Below, piece by piece: positions 62,348 through 64,000 of a stretch of DNA of 64,000 bases (the first letter of the stretch is position 1; each line of letters begins with the position of its first letter). Below the pieces are notes generated by a model, which saw only the letters and a list, made by a program, of their open reading frames with translations, did no database searches and was not told where the DNA came from. Both the position numbers and the translations under genes were made by a program. Source of the DNA: Harriotta raleighana (Eukaryota); NCBI GenBank assembly GCA_050575255.1, contig JBNZDD010013683.1:1152191-1216190 (forward strand), read 5' to 3'.

Positions 62348-64000
62348 GAGTGTTGGCATAAACTATGAACTCAAGGCCAAAATTTTAATCCATGTGTGAA
62401 AGTGCTACTAATTTAGGCAACATAATATTTCAGAGTCAGAAATCACGACTAAAAAATGGTCATTTTACACCGTCCAAATCCACATTAATTTATATTTTAA
62501 CTTAATCTTACAATTGATAACATTGCAACAATATTAACAGTTATATTGTTAATATAAGAATATTACAGTTTACTATCCACACCATCAACATTTTAATATA
62601 TTCTGCAGTCTCTCCTAAAAGAAAAGCTTTCATCCCAAATAAAAGGCAAAAGTGAAATTGAATGGATTGAATGCAGAGAATCAATTGTGATGTGTGAGAT
62701 CAGCATTGCAGAACAGTCCAGTCAATAATTTTCAACAGAATCCTGAAGCAGGGATTATAATGGATTGTGTTGATATCAGATGTGTTTACTGTTGTTAGAA
62801 AAAAAAGGGACAAATAGGAAGTGAGATACCTGTATATAAAGACCTTGAAATATAATCCGTTAAGGTTTGGTCTCGAAGTTTGATAAATAGTTTCAGCAAG
62901 AAGGGAAAAAACAATGTGTGTTGCCTGAAAATATTCAATGTACAATAATTAAGTAGATGAATCATTTGTGTTTCTCTTTATCCACCAATACAAGCTAGGG
63001 CCAAAAAAGTTATAATCAAATGATTTGTGGCCAATATAATTATTGGTTAAGAGCATGTTACCATATATCAGAATGGTTGCACACTGGGAGAACTCACAAT
63101 TACCAGCCTGGTGGTAGTTTCACACACACTATATTGATTTAGGCTTGCCATAATATTGAGATGATCTTATAATAATGTAACACTAGTTCATGACATGAAA
63201 GCATCTGAACCCATTCGTAGTTGGTTAAAAAAGTGGAAGAACTACAATGTCATTATTCTCTCTTCATGTTAATAACTCAGTTGAAATCAAACAGAAAGAG
63301 CAGAAATCCCGCAAATTAGTGGCTCGAATATCAAACAACAAGTTTACTGTCAACGTCATATGATGTGCTTACATTGGAAACAGCATATTTAACCTATCCT
63401 GGACATTTTAGAATTTTTTTTCCAGTCTAATTCAAATGGTCATTCACACAATCTTTAAATGGCTACTTTCAATATGCACTATGATGCACTACAACTTAGT
63501 TCATGCTCAAACGAGATCCCAGTGGCTGATAACCACAATGACTGAGGCACGAGTCCTCAAGTCCATCCAAAAAATAAGTTCTACAAATAAGATTTTCGAA
63601 AGTGGAGACCGAAGAAATGTAACATCCGACATCTCCACACAATGTATTATAACATCCATAACAAACGCATATCAACACTCAGGATTATCCTCTTCAGAAA
63701 AACAAATCACAAAGTTCGCGGAGCTAATAATAGGTTACATTAATATCATTTCAAGGAGAGTGGATTAATAATGAGGGTAACTCCCTGCATCGTAACGCTT
63801 CACCTGATGCTAATCTAGGTCATTAACAACCAAATCATCTTGACTGATCGAACCCAGATCTGAGAATTCTCAATTTGATCTAACGTGGCCCTTAATGTTC
63901 TTCCAATTGTAACAGGTCGACAAAAAAATAACTTGTTTTGGGTTTGTGTCTTTTATTTTTGTAAGTATTTTCAAATTCGTCATTTTACTTGTTTTTTTAA

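Noticed and set aside
1-64000. Protein-coding calls for the 60-133 aa ORFs in the track
   Set aside because: None resembles a cellular protein I recognise. Many lie in SINEs (recurrent 'SVKRFE..HYIKCKDYY' peptides) or LINE fossils, and the rest fit chance ORFs.
1-64000. Known miRNA, snoRNA or rRNA genes
   Set aside because: No match to the conserved mature miRNA or rRNA sequences I could check by eye; absence is not proven without an Rfam/miRBase search.

Overview
AT-rich (roughly 35-40% GC by eye), CpG-depleted eukaryotic DNA with no recognisable intact protein-coding gene. The short ORFs in the track are chance ORFs or decayed transposon frames. The repeat content is a young tRNA-headed SINE with an L2-type tail, older Deu-domain SINEs, CR1 and L2 LINE fragments, and a Harbinger transposase fossil. 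This points to a vertebrate, most plausibly a cartilaginous fish (inference from repeat families, not a database match). The window looks like a large intron or gene desert: many retroposon remnants separated by unique, motif-dense blocks that may be conserved non-coding elements. Four single N bases occur, two of them separating near-identical duplicates that look like haplotype assembly artefacts. I cannot support a claim of a new multi-gene system here. The best leads are a CpG-rich hairpin plus pseudoknot at 54895-55025, a candidate stop-containing or 5'UTR exon on the minus strand at 2880-2980, and the SINE/Deu-SINE/L2 module-swapping history visible among the copies.
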